From positions 96,001 to 160,000 of the forward strand of contig JAURAC010000001.1 of NCBI GenBank assembly GCA_030586555.1: DNA of 64,000 bases, given 5' to 3'. Below the pieces are notes generated by a model that saw nothing but the letters and a program-made list of their open reading frames with translations, searched no databases and was not told the origin of the DNA. The stretch comes from Candidatus Subterrananammoxibius californiae. GTDB lineage: Bacteria > Planctomycetota > Brocadiia > Brocadiales > Subterrananammoxibiaceae. This document shows, one piece after another, positions 49,710 through 59,050 of the stretch. The translations under genes were made by a program, and so were the position numbers. Position 1 is the stretch's first letter, and each line of letters begins with the position of its first letter.

Positions 49710-50784
49710 GGTTCATGAAAAAGAATATATGGAGATAATAAGGGAAACCCTTTCTCGAGGTGCATATATACTTTGTGAGGATTTGAAAAGATTTGAAGAA
49801 AATCTTGCAAAATTTGTAGGGACAAAATATGCCATCGGTGTAGGCAATTGTACAGATGCACTGCTTTTGTCACTTTATGCGGCAGGTATAGGACCTGGGG
49901 ATGAGGTTATTACTGTCTCACATACCTTTGTAGCAACGGTTGAAGTTATAAAGTTTTTAGGTGCAAAGCCTGTCTTTGTAGATATTACCGATGACCACAA
50001 TATGCATGTTGAGCTGGTAGAACCTCTAATAAATTCTAAGACAAAGGCAATAGTTCCTGTTCATCTTAATGGACACATTTGCAAAGATATGGATAAACTC
50101 ATGGCTATTGCAAAAAAGCACAAACTGATAATCATTGAAGATGCCGCTCAATCCCTTGGAGCTACATATAAAGGAAAAGGAGCGGGTACTTTCGGACTGT
50201 CGGGATGTTTTAGTTTTTATCCTGCAAAACTATTAGGCGCTTTCGGGGATGCAGGGGCAATTGTTACAGACGATGCCGAATTTGCAGAGAAGTTAAGAAT
50301 GATTCGTAATCATGGAAGGGGCAAGGGAACAGACATAGGCCTTTGGGGATTAAACTGCAGGATGGATAACGTTCATGCTGCAGTGCTCGACCTTAAATTA
50401 AAGAAATTGCCTGATTGGATTAAGAGGCGAAGGGAAATTGCTAATATGTATAACAGCAGGCTTTCTTCCTTAAAAGAATTGAGATTGCCACCCCCTCCAG
50501 AAGAAAATGGCGATTATTACGATGTGTTTCAGAATTACGAGCTTGAGGCAGAGAGACGAGACGCATTGGTTAAACACCTGAATGAAAACGGTATCGAGGC
50601 AATGCTTTCGTGGGGTGGAAAGGGGGTGCATCAATTTAATGCCCTCGGTCTTAACAATTTTAAATTACCTCGGACCGAGGAATTTTTTAGTAAAGCCATA
50701 ATGTTGCCAATGTATCCAGAACTAAAGGATGAACAAATAAGATATATTGTGCAGGCGATAAAAGATTTCTATGCAAAAAGGTGA
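49666..50784 (+). CDS. DegT/DnrJ/EryC1/StrS sugar aminotransferase
   Basis: GPGDEVI, EDAAQSLG, SFYPAKLLG. Confidence 0.93.
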   Translation: MDKKVKYFDYPVQFKVHEKEYMEIIRETLSRGAYILCEDLKRFEENLAKFVGTKYAIGVGNCTDALLLSLYAAGIGPGDEVITVSHTFVATVEVIKFLGAKPVFVDITDDHNMHVELVEPLINSKTKAIVPVHLNGHICKDMDKLMAIAKKHKLIIIEDAAQSLGATYKGKGAGTFGLSGCFSFYPAKLLGAFGDAGAIVTDDAEFAEKLRMIRNHGRGKGTDIGLWGLNCRMDNVHAAVLDLKLKKLPDWIKRRREIANMYNSRLSSLKELRLPPPPEENGDYYDVFQNYELEAERRDALVKHLNENGIEAMLSWGGKGVHQFNALGLNNFKLPRTEEFFSKAIMLPMYPELKDEQIRYIVQAIKDFYAKR

Positions 50785-50828
50785 AAAGGTAAAGAGGAGA
50801 AAAGGTTAGCCTTTTAACCTCTTAGCCT

Positions 50829-50913
50829 CTGCTTATTATCAGGCTTACGTTGTGGCCGCCGAAACCAAATGAGTTGGACATGACAGTATTGAGTTTCATT
50901 TCTCTGTCTTCAT
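50829..50913 (-). repeat. Direct-repeat copy of the fabF 3' end (att-like)
   Basis: 77/85 identical to 51732-51816; reads [29 protein letters not shown] on the minus strand. Confidence 0.92.
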
Positions 50914-50961
50914 CTTCAAAACAAGTCCTTTCATACTTCTTCGTGCGACAAGTTTCTATGG

Positions 50962-51014
50962 TTGCATATCTCTAAAAATTGTAGTACACTATAAATGAAA
51001 ATTCGTTTTCATTT
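50962..51014 (+). promoter_or_regulatory. Sigma-70-type promoter and palindromic operator of the TA-like pair
   Basis: TTGCAT-N17-TACACT followed by aaatgaaaa-ttcg-ttttcattt. Confidence 0.5.
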
Positions 51015-51076
51015 CATCTATATCCCGGACCGCTTTGATATAAATCAACTTTTGAGAATGCTTTAGAGGGGAGTTT

Positions 51077-51409
51077 GTGTTAAAGGAAGTAAAGTTTACA
51101 ATAATGTTGACTCCAGAAGATAGATACCATCATAGTCATGTAAGATTTAAAGGAGATATCTTAAGTTTTGCGATACAATATGAAACTAAATCAGAGGGTG
51201 AGTGGTTACCTGTGGTAAGGTATGATACAGGACACGGCTTTGCGCATCGAGACCTTTTAAATAAAAAGGGTAAAAAACAAAAGACCCCGATTTTTGCAAA
51301 GGATTACAACGAATCATTAACTTTTGCTGAGTACGATATTAAATCTAACTGGAAAATCTATAAGCAAGCATTTTTAGGAGGCGACAGAAATGGAGACACT
51401 GAAAGATAA
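51077..51409 (+). CDS. Small RYD..H-motif protein, putative TA toxin-like (DUF7718-like)
   Basis: GTG start with AGAGGGGAG RBS; VVRYDTGHGFAHRD. Confidence 0.65.
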   Translation: MLKEVKFTIMLTPEDRYHHSHVRFKGDILSFAIQYETKSEGEWLPVVRYDTGHGFAHRDLLNKKGKKQKTPIFAKDYNESLTFAEYDIKSNWKIYKQAFLGGDRNGDTER

Positions 51410-51665
51410 GTTCTTTGAAAGGAATTCTGAACTGAGCATGGAGTTTAGTAAATATGTTTTGGAACATCCTGAAATGGATGACTTTCTGGCAGAAGAAAGG
51501 GTAACAGTCTTCCTGCCTGAATTTGATCCCGAACTCAGAGAGTTCAACATGAGGATAGCTAAGGATATTGAAGCCAAAGGAGGGAAAGTGCTTTATGTGA
51601 AAGTGAAACAAATATCCCCAAAGATTACCTCGAGATTAATTGGGGTTGAGGTGGTTGCGAATTAA
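51390..51665 (+). CDS. Small acidic partner protein, putative antitoxin (DUF5647-like)
   Basis: RNSELSMEFSKYVLEHPE..LPEFDPEL..N; overlaps the upstream gene. Confidence 0.65.
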   Translation: METLKDKFFERNSELSMEFSKYVLEHPEMDDFLAEERVTVFLPEFDPELREFNMRIAKDIEAKGGKVLYVKVKQISPKITSRLIGVEVVAN

Positions 51666-51721
51666 ATTGGGCAACACTAAGGTGAATAAAATTAATTAGC
51701 TAATCATTATTTCCTTAAAAG

Positions 51722-52966
51722 CTATGTATACCTGCCTATTATCAGACTAACGTTGTGGCCACCGAAACCAAATGAGTTGGACATGACGGTATTGAGTTTT
51801 ATTTTTCTGGCTTCATTGGGCACGAAGTCGAGACCGCCACATTCCGGGTCCGGTGTTTCATAATTAATGGTGGGTGGGACTACGTTATGTTGAAGTGCAA
51901 GCACGCAGATTAAAAGTTCAACACTGCCTGCGGCTCCCAGTTGATGTCCCAGCATGGATTTGGTTGAGCTGATAACAAGCTTATTGGCATGTTGGTTAAA
52001 GACCGTCTTAATCGCCTTTATTTCTACTTCATCGCCCAAGGGCGTAGAAGTGGCGTGGGCATTAATATATGAAACGTCCTCAGGGGTACATTGCGCATCA
52101 TCAAGTGCACTACGCATGGATGAACAAGCGCCTCGACCTTCAGGGTCTGGTGCAGCGATATGGGAAGCGTCTGCGCTCTTGCCGTACCCGATTAATTCCG
52201 CATAGATTTCAGCGTTTCTTTGCTTTGCATGATTTAATTCTTCGAGTACAACAATACCAGCACCTTCAGAGATAACAAAGCCATCCCTGTCTTTATCAAA
52301 AGGACGGCTTGCCTTTTCTGGGGCGCTATTCCTTGTAGAAAGAGCCTTCATGGAGCTAAACCCGCTCACACAGAGGGGGGTGATTGTCGCCTCGCTTCCA
52401 CCAGCAATCATGACATCGGCTTCACCCATCTGGACAATCCTGAATGCTTCACCAATAGCATGGGCGCCTGAGGCGCAAGCGCTAACTATGGAAAAGTTTG
52501 GACCGTATATTTCATACTTTATGGCTACCTGGCCGGGCGCTGCGTTGACCATGAGCCTCGGAATCATAAAGGGTGAGACCCTTGACGGGCCTTTTTGAAG
52601 CAGGATAGTGTGCTGTTCTTCAATTTCATGTATGCCGCCGATGCCTGAACCAATAACGACGCCAATCTTATTACGGTCGGTCTTATTAAAGTCTAACCCG
52701 GCATCCTCAACGGCTGCAGTTGAAGCAGCAACGGCAAACTGCACGAAGCGGTCAAGCCTTCTAACTTGTTTTTGGTCAAACCACCGGGTAGGGTCAAAAT
52801 CCTGAACTTCACCTGCTATGTGAACCTCACAGTTGGATGTGTCGAAAAGAGTGATTTCTTTAATCCCACTTTTGCCTTCAACTAACGATGACCACAATAA
52901 TTTCTTGTCTTGACCTAAGGGGGTGATTGCACCTAAACCTGTAATTACGACTCTGCGCCCCCGCAT
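51722..52966 (-). CDS. fabF: Beta-ketoacyl-ACP synthase II
   Basis: [41 protein letters not shown]. Confidence 0.97.
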   Translation of the reverse strand: MRGRRVVITGLGAITPLGQDKKLLWSSLVEGKSGIKEITLFDTSNCEVHIAGEVQDFDPTRWFDQKQVRRLDRFVQFAVAASTAAVEDAGLDFNKTDRNKIGVVIGSGIGGIHEIEEQHTILLQKGPSRVSPFMIPRLMVNAAPGQVAIKYEIYGPNFSIVSACASGAHAIGEAFRIVQMGEADVMIAGGSEATITPLCVSGFSSMKALSTRNSAPEKASRPFDKDRDGFVISEGAGIVVLEELNHAKQRNAEIYAELIGYGKSADASHIAAPDPEGRGACSSMRSALDDAQCTPEDVSYINAHATSTPLGDEVEIKAIKTVFNQHANKLVISSTKSMLGHQLGAAGSVELLICVLALQHNVVPPTINYETPDPECGGLDFVPNEARKIKLNTVMSNSFGFGGHNVSLIIGRYT

Positions 52967-53205
52967 TTATTAACTCTCTCCTCAATATAATTTATTGCGT
53001 CTCCGATTGTTTGAATCTTCTCAGCATCTTCGTCAGGAATGTTCATATCGAAGGCGTTCTCAAACTCCATTATTAGTTCAACGGTATCTAATGAATCTGC
53101 TCCCAAATCATTCACAAAGGATGTCTGTTCAGTAATCTGATCGTTGTTTACACCCATCTGCTTACTAACAATACCCCTTACTTTTTCTGCAACTGACTCT
53201 GGCAC
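52945..53205 (-). CDS. acpP: Acyl carrier protein
   Basis: [15 protein letters not shown] start with AAGGAGG RBS. Confidence 0.97.
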   Translation of the reverse strand: MPESVAEKVRGIVSKQMGVNNDQITEQTSFVNDLGADSLDTVELIMEFENAFDMNIPDEDAEKIQTIGDAINYIEERVNKCGGAES

Positions 53206-53283
53206 GGCCTTTTCCTCCTTACTACAAATTCGATTTTAAGAAAACCATATACTTATCATTCCGCAATCCAAAATCCACAATCG

Positions 53284-54027
53284 TTACATTGCCAGACCCC
53301 CATCTATTTGCAAGACATGGCCCGTGATATAATCAGCATCAGGACTTACAAGAAACAGGATGCCTTTTGCAATGTCAGATGGACTACCAAATCTATTTAA
53401 AGGAATGGCTTTTAATGCAGCATCTTTAATATATTCATTAAGCGAATCAGTCATTTCTGTGGTAATGAAGCCCGGGGCAACTGCGTTAACAGTAATTCCC
53501 CGTGACGATAATTCTTTAGCGGCAGATTTTGTTAGACCAATAATACCTGCCTTTGATGCCGCATAGTTACATTGCCCGCGATTTCCAGTAATTCCAGATA
53601 CGGAGGAAACATTGACAATCTTTCCTGTCTTTTGTTTTAGCATATAACGAGCAACTATTTTTATTGCAAAGAACATCCCTTTAAGATTGGTATCAAGGAC
53701 CTGGTCCCATTCATCCTCAGTCATCCGTATTATAAGATTGTCCCTTGCTACACCAGCGTTATTGATAAGAATGTCTATTCGCCCAAACTTATTGAAGACG
53801 TCCTCAAAGACCTGTGCGAGCCGTGGGAAATCGGTTACATCTGCTTTATACGCAAGTGCTTCAGCGCCTTTCGCCCTTGCCCGAGAGGCAGTTTCTTCTG
53901 CAAGTTCTAACCTTCGGGCAATGGCAATAACCCTGGCTCCAGCAGAGGCGAGTACAAGAACCGTCTCCTTGCCAATCCCACTTGAGGCACCAGTCACGAT
54001 TGCCACCTTGCCACTTAATACAGACAT
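53284..54027 (-). CDS. fabG: 3-oxoacyl-ACP reductase
   Basis: TGASSGIG, NNAG, YAASKAG, VAPGFI; operon context. Confidence 0.95.
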   Translation of the reverse strand: MSVLSGKVAIVTGASSGIGKETVLVLASAGARVIAIARRLELAEETASRARAKGAEALAYKADVTDFPRLAQVFEDVFNKFGRIDILINNAGVARDNLIIRMTEDEWDQVLDTNLKGMFFAIKIVARYMLKQKTGKIVNVSSVSGITGNRGQCNYAASKAGIIGLTKSAAKELSSRGITVNAVAPGFITTEMTDSLNEYIKDAALKAIPLNRFGSPSDIAKGILFLVSPDADYITGHVLQIDGGLAM

Positions 54028-54057
54028 TTTCAAACCTTATTTTAATGGAATTGCAAT

Positions 54058-54984
54058 TTAAAATGGACCAAATGACTGGATGCCTTCGAGATTCTTTGTA
54101 CTCTTAGTAGAATCAATTCTCCTTAAAAGACCTGATAAGACCCTCCCAGGACCGAATTCATAGAACTCCTCAAAGCCGTCGTGGATTAGTTGCTTCATAG
54201 ACTGACACCAGCGCACCGGGCTGGCAAGTTGTTTAATTAAAGATGCCTTTATTTCTTCCGGCTTCTTTATGTATTGTCCAGTAACATTTGCCACAACAAG
54301 TATCTGGGCTTCTGTTATTTTCACCTTTTCAAGCTCCCTCTCAATCCTTTCACAAGCGCAGGTCATAAGGTTTGAATGAAATGCCCCATTTACCTGCAAA
54401 GGTATTACCCTTGCGCCTTTTTCTTTAGCAATTAAGGAGGCTTTTTCTATAGCCTTTTTCTCTCCAGAAATAACCACCTGTCCAGGACTATTATAGTTTG
54501 CCGCACAGACATGTCCGAACTGAGTAGCCTCTTTGCAAATCTCCTCAACCTTCTCATCTTCCAGACCAAGGATGGAAGTCATCCCACCCGGACGTTCATT
54601 ACAGGCTTCCTGCATAAACTTCCCGCGCTTGTAAACGAGCTGTACAGCATCTTCAAAGCTCAGAGCCCCGGCAAAGACTAACGCCGTATATTCCCCAAGA
54701 CTTAAACCTGCAACTGCGTGGCATTCAGCCATACCATTGTTTTTAAAATGCCTGTAACTCTCAACGGCTGCAATACTCGTTACTAAAATAGCGGGCTGAC
54801 ACATGGAAGTTTGATTAAGCTCTTCAGAACGTCCATTAAAGCAGATACTTGCAAGGTCAAAACCCAATACTTCGTTTGCCTTTTGGAAGACACGCTTAGC
54901 CTCATCGAAATGCTGGCACAAATCCTTACCCATTCCAACATATTGTGCGCCCTGACCGGGGAAAAGGAATGCTCTTTTAACCAT
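54058..54984 (-). CDS. fabD: Malonyl-CoA-ACP transacylase (start ATG 54984)
   Basis: FLFPGQGAQ, GLSLGE, GAFHS. Confidence 0.96.
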   Translation of the reverse strand: MVKRAFLFPGQGAQYVGMGKDLCQHFDEAKRVFQKANEVLGFDLASICFNGRSEELNQTSMCQPAILVTSIAAVESYRHFKNNGMAECHAVAGLSLGEYTALVFAGALSFEDAVQLVYKRGKFMQEACNERPGGMTSILGLEDEKVEEICKEATQFGHVCAANYNSPGQVVISGEKKAIEKASLIAKEKGARVIPLQVNGAFHSNLMTCACERIERELEKVKITEAQILVVANVTGQYIKKPEEIKASLIKQLASPVRWCQSMKQLIHDGFEEFYEFGPGRVLSGLLRRIDSTKSTKNLEGIQSFGPF

Positions 54985-55046
54985 CTTAGAATCCAATTTC
55001 CATTTTTTTTTGATTTGGGATTTTTGATTTGGAATTTTTTTAATAT

Positions 55047-56048
55047 CTACCACCTGATTACGGAAGAACTCCAGGTTAAACCTCCGCCAAAGGCTGCAAG
55101 AAGGACTATATCTCCGGCTTTTAATCTTCCACTCTTGCTTACCTCGTCAATAGCAATAGGCACAGAGGCAGATGAAGTGTTGCCATACCTGTCAATATTA
55201 AAATATGCTTTTTCCATCGGTACCCCAAGCTTTTCCATCGTGGCTTCGATAATACGAAAATTACTCTGGTGGGGAATAAACAGGTCAACGTCATCCACCG
55301 TTAAACCGCACTTTTCAATCGTATCATTGATAAGATCCGTCAGAGTATTTATGGCAAGCTTAAATACTTCCTTGCCTCGAAACTTAATAAAATGCATGCG
55401 CTCATCAATCGTCTGATAAGAGGTGGGCATCTTTGACCCACCAGCAGGAAGGGTTAAGATACCTGCCTGGGAGCCATCGGCTCCTAAATAGGTTGCGAGG
55501 ATTTCGTGCCGTCCTTTGCTTTTTTGAATTACAGCAGCCCCGGCACCGTCTCCGAATAGTATGCAGGATGTTCTGTCAGTATAATCAGTAATTTTTGATA
55601 GGCACTCCGCTCCGATAATAAGCGCGGTATCCGCTGCGCCAGAGCTTACATAACACTGCCCAATAGAAAGTGCATAAACAAATCCAGCACATGCCGCAAG
55701 CACGTCAAAAGCTCCAGCACCAGTAGCGCCTATCTTTTCCTGAACGTAGCAGGATGTAGAAGGAAATAGCGTATCAGGGGTGATAGTGGATGTAATAATT
55801 AAATCCACGTCCTTGGGCGATACGCCAGCATCTTCAATAGCTCGTAAAGCCGCTTGTGTGGCTAAATCCGATGTTGCAAGCCCATTATCCACAATGCGTC
55901 TTTCCTTTATACCCGTCCGTTTTGTTATCCATTCATCACTTGTATCCACCATCTTTTCAAGGTCATGGTTTGTCAGAACCTTCTCAGGTAGATAAGCGCC
56001 AGTACCAACAATGGACACCTTTCTTATTTCTTTTGTAGACTTAGTCAT
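55047..56048 (-). CDS. fabH: Beta-ketoacyl-ACP synthase III (start ATG 56048)
   Basis: DTSDEWI..RTGI, AACAGF, PHQSN, GNTSSAS, FGGG. Confidence 0.96.
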   Translation of the reverse strand: MTKSTKEIRKVSIVGTGAYLPEKVLTNHDLEKMVDTSDEWITKRTGIKERRIVDNGLATSDLATQAALRAIEDAGVSPKDVDLIITSTITPDTLFPSTSCYVQEKIGATGAGAFDVLAACAGFVYALSIGQCYVSSGAADTALIIGAECLSKITDYTDRTSCILFGDGAGAAVIQKSKGRHEILATYLGADGSQAGILTLPAGGSKMPTSYQTIDERMHFIKFRGKEVFKLAINTLTDLINDTIEKCGLTVDDVDLFIPHQSNFRIIEATMEKLGVPMEKAYFNIDRYGNTSSASVPIAIDEVSKSGRLKAGDIVLLAAFGGGLTWSSSVIRW

Positions 56049-56057
56049 AGTTTTTAA

Positions 56058-56074
56058 ATCCGCCTCAGGCGGAT
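56058..56074. repeat. ATCCGCCTCAGGCGGAT palindrome supplying the plsX stop codon
   Basis: 17-nt palindrome; its TCA at 56065-56067 is the minus-strand TGA. Confidence 0.8.
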
Positions 56075-57078
56075 GCAACGTATGAAGCCTTAGTTTCGAG
56101 TTCTGAAACAATGTGTTTATTTACCTGGTGCATTCCCAATTGCACAGTTTCTTTTATTGCACTACGGATTGCCTTTGAATCCGAACTGCCATGACTAATT
56201 ATGCAGATTCCATCCACGCCTAACAAGAGTACCCCTCCATACTCTGTGTAATCGTTTTTGTTCCACAATCCTTCCCAAACCGGCATGCATAGACTCATGC
56301 CAAGCCTTGTCAAAAGTGTTTTCGATGCCTCCGTTTTAAATGCTTTAAGGATACTTTGAGAAAGCCCTTCAATGGTCTTTATCAATATGTTTCCAACAAA
56401 TCCATCACAAACCGCTACATCAAGTTTGCCACCAAAGATGTCACGCCCTTCCACATTGCCAACAAAATTTATAGGGGCGTGGGAAAGGAGCTCAAATGTC
56501 TCCTTAACAAGTTCATTGCCTTTTACATCCTCTTCGCCTATGTTCAACAGGCCAACCCGCGGCTCTTCTACTTTGAGTGTATATTTACAAACGATAGAAG
56601 CCATCCGTGCATACTGAAGCAGATGGTCTGGTTTACACTTTATGTTAGCGCCAACATCTATGATTGTGCAAATTCCCGCATGAGTAGGAACTGCGGCTGC
56701 AATACCAGGGCGTTTGACACCTTTCAGCGAGCGAAGGAACATACTGCAAGCCGCTACGGTTGCTCCTGTATGCCCTGCGCTAACAACAGCATCTGCTTCG
56801 CCATTAGCCACCAGTTTAACGCTCTTCGTTATGGAGGAATCAATCTTTTGACGCAATGCCGTAGTAGCTGGTTCATCCATTCCCACGACCTGTGATGCGT
56901 GATGAACACGAATATTCTTCGGGCAATCACCAATTGAAGAAAGTTCGCTATTTACCCGTTTCTCATCCCCAACGAGTATTATTTCAACGTCTTTTAATTT
57001 TTGCGCAGATTGAACCGCTCCCTTGACAATCTCGTTAGGGGCATAGTCTCCGCCCATTGCGTCAACTGCTATTCTCAT
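56065..57078 (-). CDS. plsX: Phosphate acyltransferase PlsX
   Basis: IAVDAMGGDYAP, DVGAN, LLNIGEE..KG, CDGFVGN, HGSS. Confidence 0.96.
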   Translation of the reverse strand: MRIAVDAMGGDYAPNEIVKGAVQSAQKLKDVEIILVGDEKRVNSELSSIGDCPKNIRVHHASQVVGMDEPATTALRQKIDSSITKSVKLVANGEADAVVSAGHTGATVAACSMFLRSLKGVKRPGIAAAVPTHAGICTIIDVGANIKCKPDHLLQYARMASIVCKYTLKVEEPRVGLLNIGEEDVKGNELVKETFELLSHAPINFVGNVEGRDIFGGKLDVAVCDGFVGNILIKTIEGLSQSILKAFKTEASKTLLTRLGMSLCMPVWEGLWNKNDYTEYGGVLLLGVDGICIISHGSSDSKAIRSAIKETVQLGMHQVNKHIVSELETKASYVASA

Positions 57079-57081
57079 AAC

Positions 57082-57312
57082 TTATACCCTTTGAATGGCA
57101 ACAACCTGTTTGCCACGATAATAACCACAGTTGCCACAAATAGAGTGAGGCATTTTTATCTGCTTGCAATGGGAACAGATATACCGTTTTGAGCGTCCAC
57201 CAGGGGAGCTTCGCAGACGTTCAAAGAGAGGAATGGTTATCGGCTCTAAAGCATCGTGTGCACGCCTGCTTCCCGTCCTTGCCCTTGAATGTTTTCTTTT
57301 TGGATTTGGCAT
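57082..57312 (-). CDS. rpmF: 50S ribosomal protein L32
   Basis: PKRKHS..RRAH, CSHC..PH.ICGNCGYYRG; upstream of plsX. Confidence 0.93.
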   Translation of the reverse strand: MPNPKRKHSRARTGSRRAHDALEPITIPLFERLRSSPGGRSKRYICSHCKQIKMPHSICGNCGYYRGKQVVAIQRV

Positions 57313-57430
57313 TTTTTTTATCCTTCTGTTTATTTTTTTGCTTACTTTCTTTCGGAAAAAGTAAGCAGTACCCCTATTCCCTTAATTTTTTTAAGGTTAT
57401 GAGATAATATTTATCACCTTGAAAACTAAT

Positions 57431-57459
57431 ATTTTATAATTATATTTTATCCTTGTCAA
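57431..57459 (-). promoter_or_regulatory. Sigma-70 promoter of the rpmF-fab operon
   Basis: TTGACA-N17-TAAAAT on the minus strand. Confidence 0.7.
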
Positions 57460-57569
57460 GGAAAAAAGACAGGCTGTGAGTATAGAGCAAATTTTTAAAA
57501 ACCCGAACACGTTTATTTTGCAGAGATTAGGACATTTTTACCTTGTCATTACAGCAAAAAATAATTTTC

Positions 57570-57598
57570 TTGACACCCTCTGTCTGTTTAATTAGAAT
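57570..57598 (+). promoter_or_regulatory. Sigma-70 promoter of the parA-like gene
   Basis: TTGACA-N17-TAGAAT. Confidence 0.7.
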
Positions 57599-57701
57599 GC
57601 TTTTTTGTATAGAAAAAGACCATGGGGGGTGGGCGCGCTTTTCGAATTGCATCCATACCTTGTTTTATTAGTTAAATGTATAAACCGGGGAGGTTGTTCC
57701 G

Positions 57702-58571
57702 GTGAGATGTATTGCGTTAGCAAATCAGAAGGGTGGGGTGGGGAAGACAACCTCAACTGCAAATCTTGGCGCATGTCTTGCTCTGCTTGGTAAGAAGGTG
57801 CTTGTAATAGACCTTGACCCGCAGGCAAATCTGAGTATCCACCTCGGCGTTAATATATACGAGAATAATCGTTCAGTCTACCACTTGATTAGTGGAAGCT
57901 GCAAGCCTGACGAGGTCATCTCAAAGACCGAAATAGAGAATCTTCATATAATACCGTCCAATATTGACCTTGCGGGGGCGGAAATAGAGCTTGTAGGCAT
58001 TGTAGGGCGTGAAATAATACTCAAGGAAAACCTTGGCAATATACTTGAAAGGTATGATTACGTGCTGATTGACTGCCCGCCATCACTCGGTCTTTTAACA
58101 CTTAACGCCCTTACTACTGCAAATGAAATCTTTATCCCACTCCAGACGGAGTTTTTCGCCCTTCAGGGTGTGAGCAAGCTGATGGAGACCTTCGAAATTG
58201 TACGAAAGAGGCTAAACCATAATTTGGAAATCAGCGGAATTATCCCGTGTATGCATGCTGCACGGACAAAATTAAATCAGGAAGTCCTTGAAAAGATAAA
58301 AAATTATTTTGAAGACAAGGTATTTAAAACGATTATAAGAAAGAATATTAAACTTTCGGAGTCTCCAAGCTACGGCAAACCAATTGTAACCTACGAGCCA
58401 GCATCACACGGCGCAGAGGATTATATGGCACTTGCAAAGGAGGTAATTGCTCGGGAGAACAGGCTTGGTGATACAGTCACCGCACCCGTTGACCCTTCAA
58501 CACAAAAGGTTGTGCCACAACAAACTGATATGCATTTGGAACAATGTGAGCAAATAGAGGTAAATCTATGA
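57702..58571 (+). CDS. ParA/Soj-family ATPase
   Basis: NQKGGVGKTT, IDLDPQAN, IDCPPSLG, ESPSYGKP; GTG start with GGGGAGG RBS. Confidence 0.93.
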   Translation: MRCIALANQKGGVGKTTSTANLGACLALLGKKVLVIDLDPQANLSIHLGVNIYENNRSVYHLISGSCKPDEVISKTEIENLHIIPSNIDLAGAEIELVGIVGREIILKENLGNILERYDYVLIDCPPSLGLLTLNALTTANEIFIPLQTEFFALQGVSKLMETFEIVRKRLNHNLEISGIIPCMHAARTKLNQEVLEKIKNYFEDKVFKTIIRKNIKLSESPSYGKPIVTYEPASHGAEDYMALAKEVIARENRLGDTVTAPVDPSTQKVVPQQTDMHLEQCEQIEVNL

Positions 58572-59050
58572 AAAAAGATAAAGTGCTTGGGCATGACCCA
58601 CTAAGTTGGATAAAGGCTACAAGAGAAGCCGAATCCAAACAGGTAGGGGAGATTTCTAAGCCTGAGGAACAAGAGACGTCTGGGTTAGAAGCAACACATC
58701 AAGAAGTAAAGAAACCTGTAGATGTGGAAGATACAAAAATCGAAGAAATAAAGAAGAGCCCTCCGGTAGAGCAATCGAGAGGAGTCAGGGGTCTGGAGTC
58801 AGGAGTCTGGAGTCGAGAATCCGGACCCAGGACTCAAGACTCAGGACTCAAGACTCTTATGCCTTACAGTACAACAAGAACGAATGGTTCGCCAATTATC
58901 TTTATTATTGCTTATGCCGTCCTCTTGCTTATTCTAACGTTCTTTGTTTACTTTAATCTATCGAAAAGAATAGATGATATAGGTTCGAGGATAAGCAATA
59001 TGGAAAGGGCGCTAAATCTGATGTTTAAAGAAACTGACATTATACACTAA
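58568..59050 (+). CDS. ParA-associated protein with C-terminal TM helix
   Basis: ATGA overlap with parA; N-terminal LGHDPLSWI, low-complexity linker, IIFIIAYAVLLLILTFFVYF TM, short coiled coil. Confidence 0.75.
   Translation: MKKDKVLGHDPLSWIKATREAESKQVGEISKPEEQETSGLEATHQEVKKPVDVEDTKIEEIKKSPPVEQSRGVRGLESGVWSRESGPRTQDSGLKTLMPYSTTRTNGSPIIFIIAYAVLLLILTFFVYFNLSKRIDDIGSRISNMERALNLMFKETDIIH
58781..58856. repeat. Inverted pair of heptamer arrays, in frame
   Basis: GGAGTCN x5 then RGACTCA x5; encodes GVRGLESGVWSRESGPRTQDSGLKT. Confidence 0.85.

Noticed and set aside
50829..51816. Diversity-generating retroelement TR/VR pair
   Set aside because: Mismatches are not confined to adenines, several are synonymous, and no reverse transcriptase is present
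52465..52477. gcgcctgaggcgc as a fifth copy of the 15-nt palindrome
   Set aside because: Only the core matches and it encodes the conserved FabF active-site ACASGA
51722..57312. Ladderane or other specialised fatty-acid cluster
   Set aside because: Gene order and motifs are those of the canonical FASII operon, with no associated radical-SAM or desaturase-like genes
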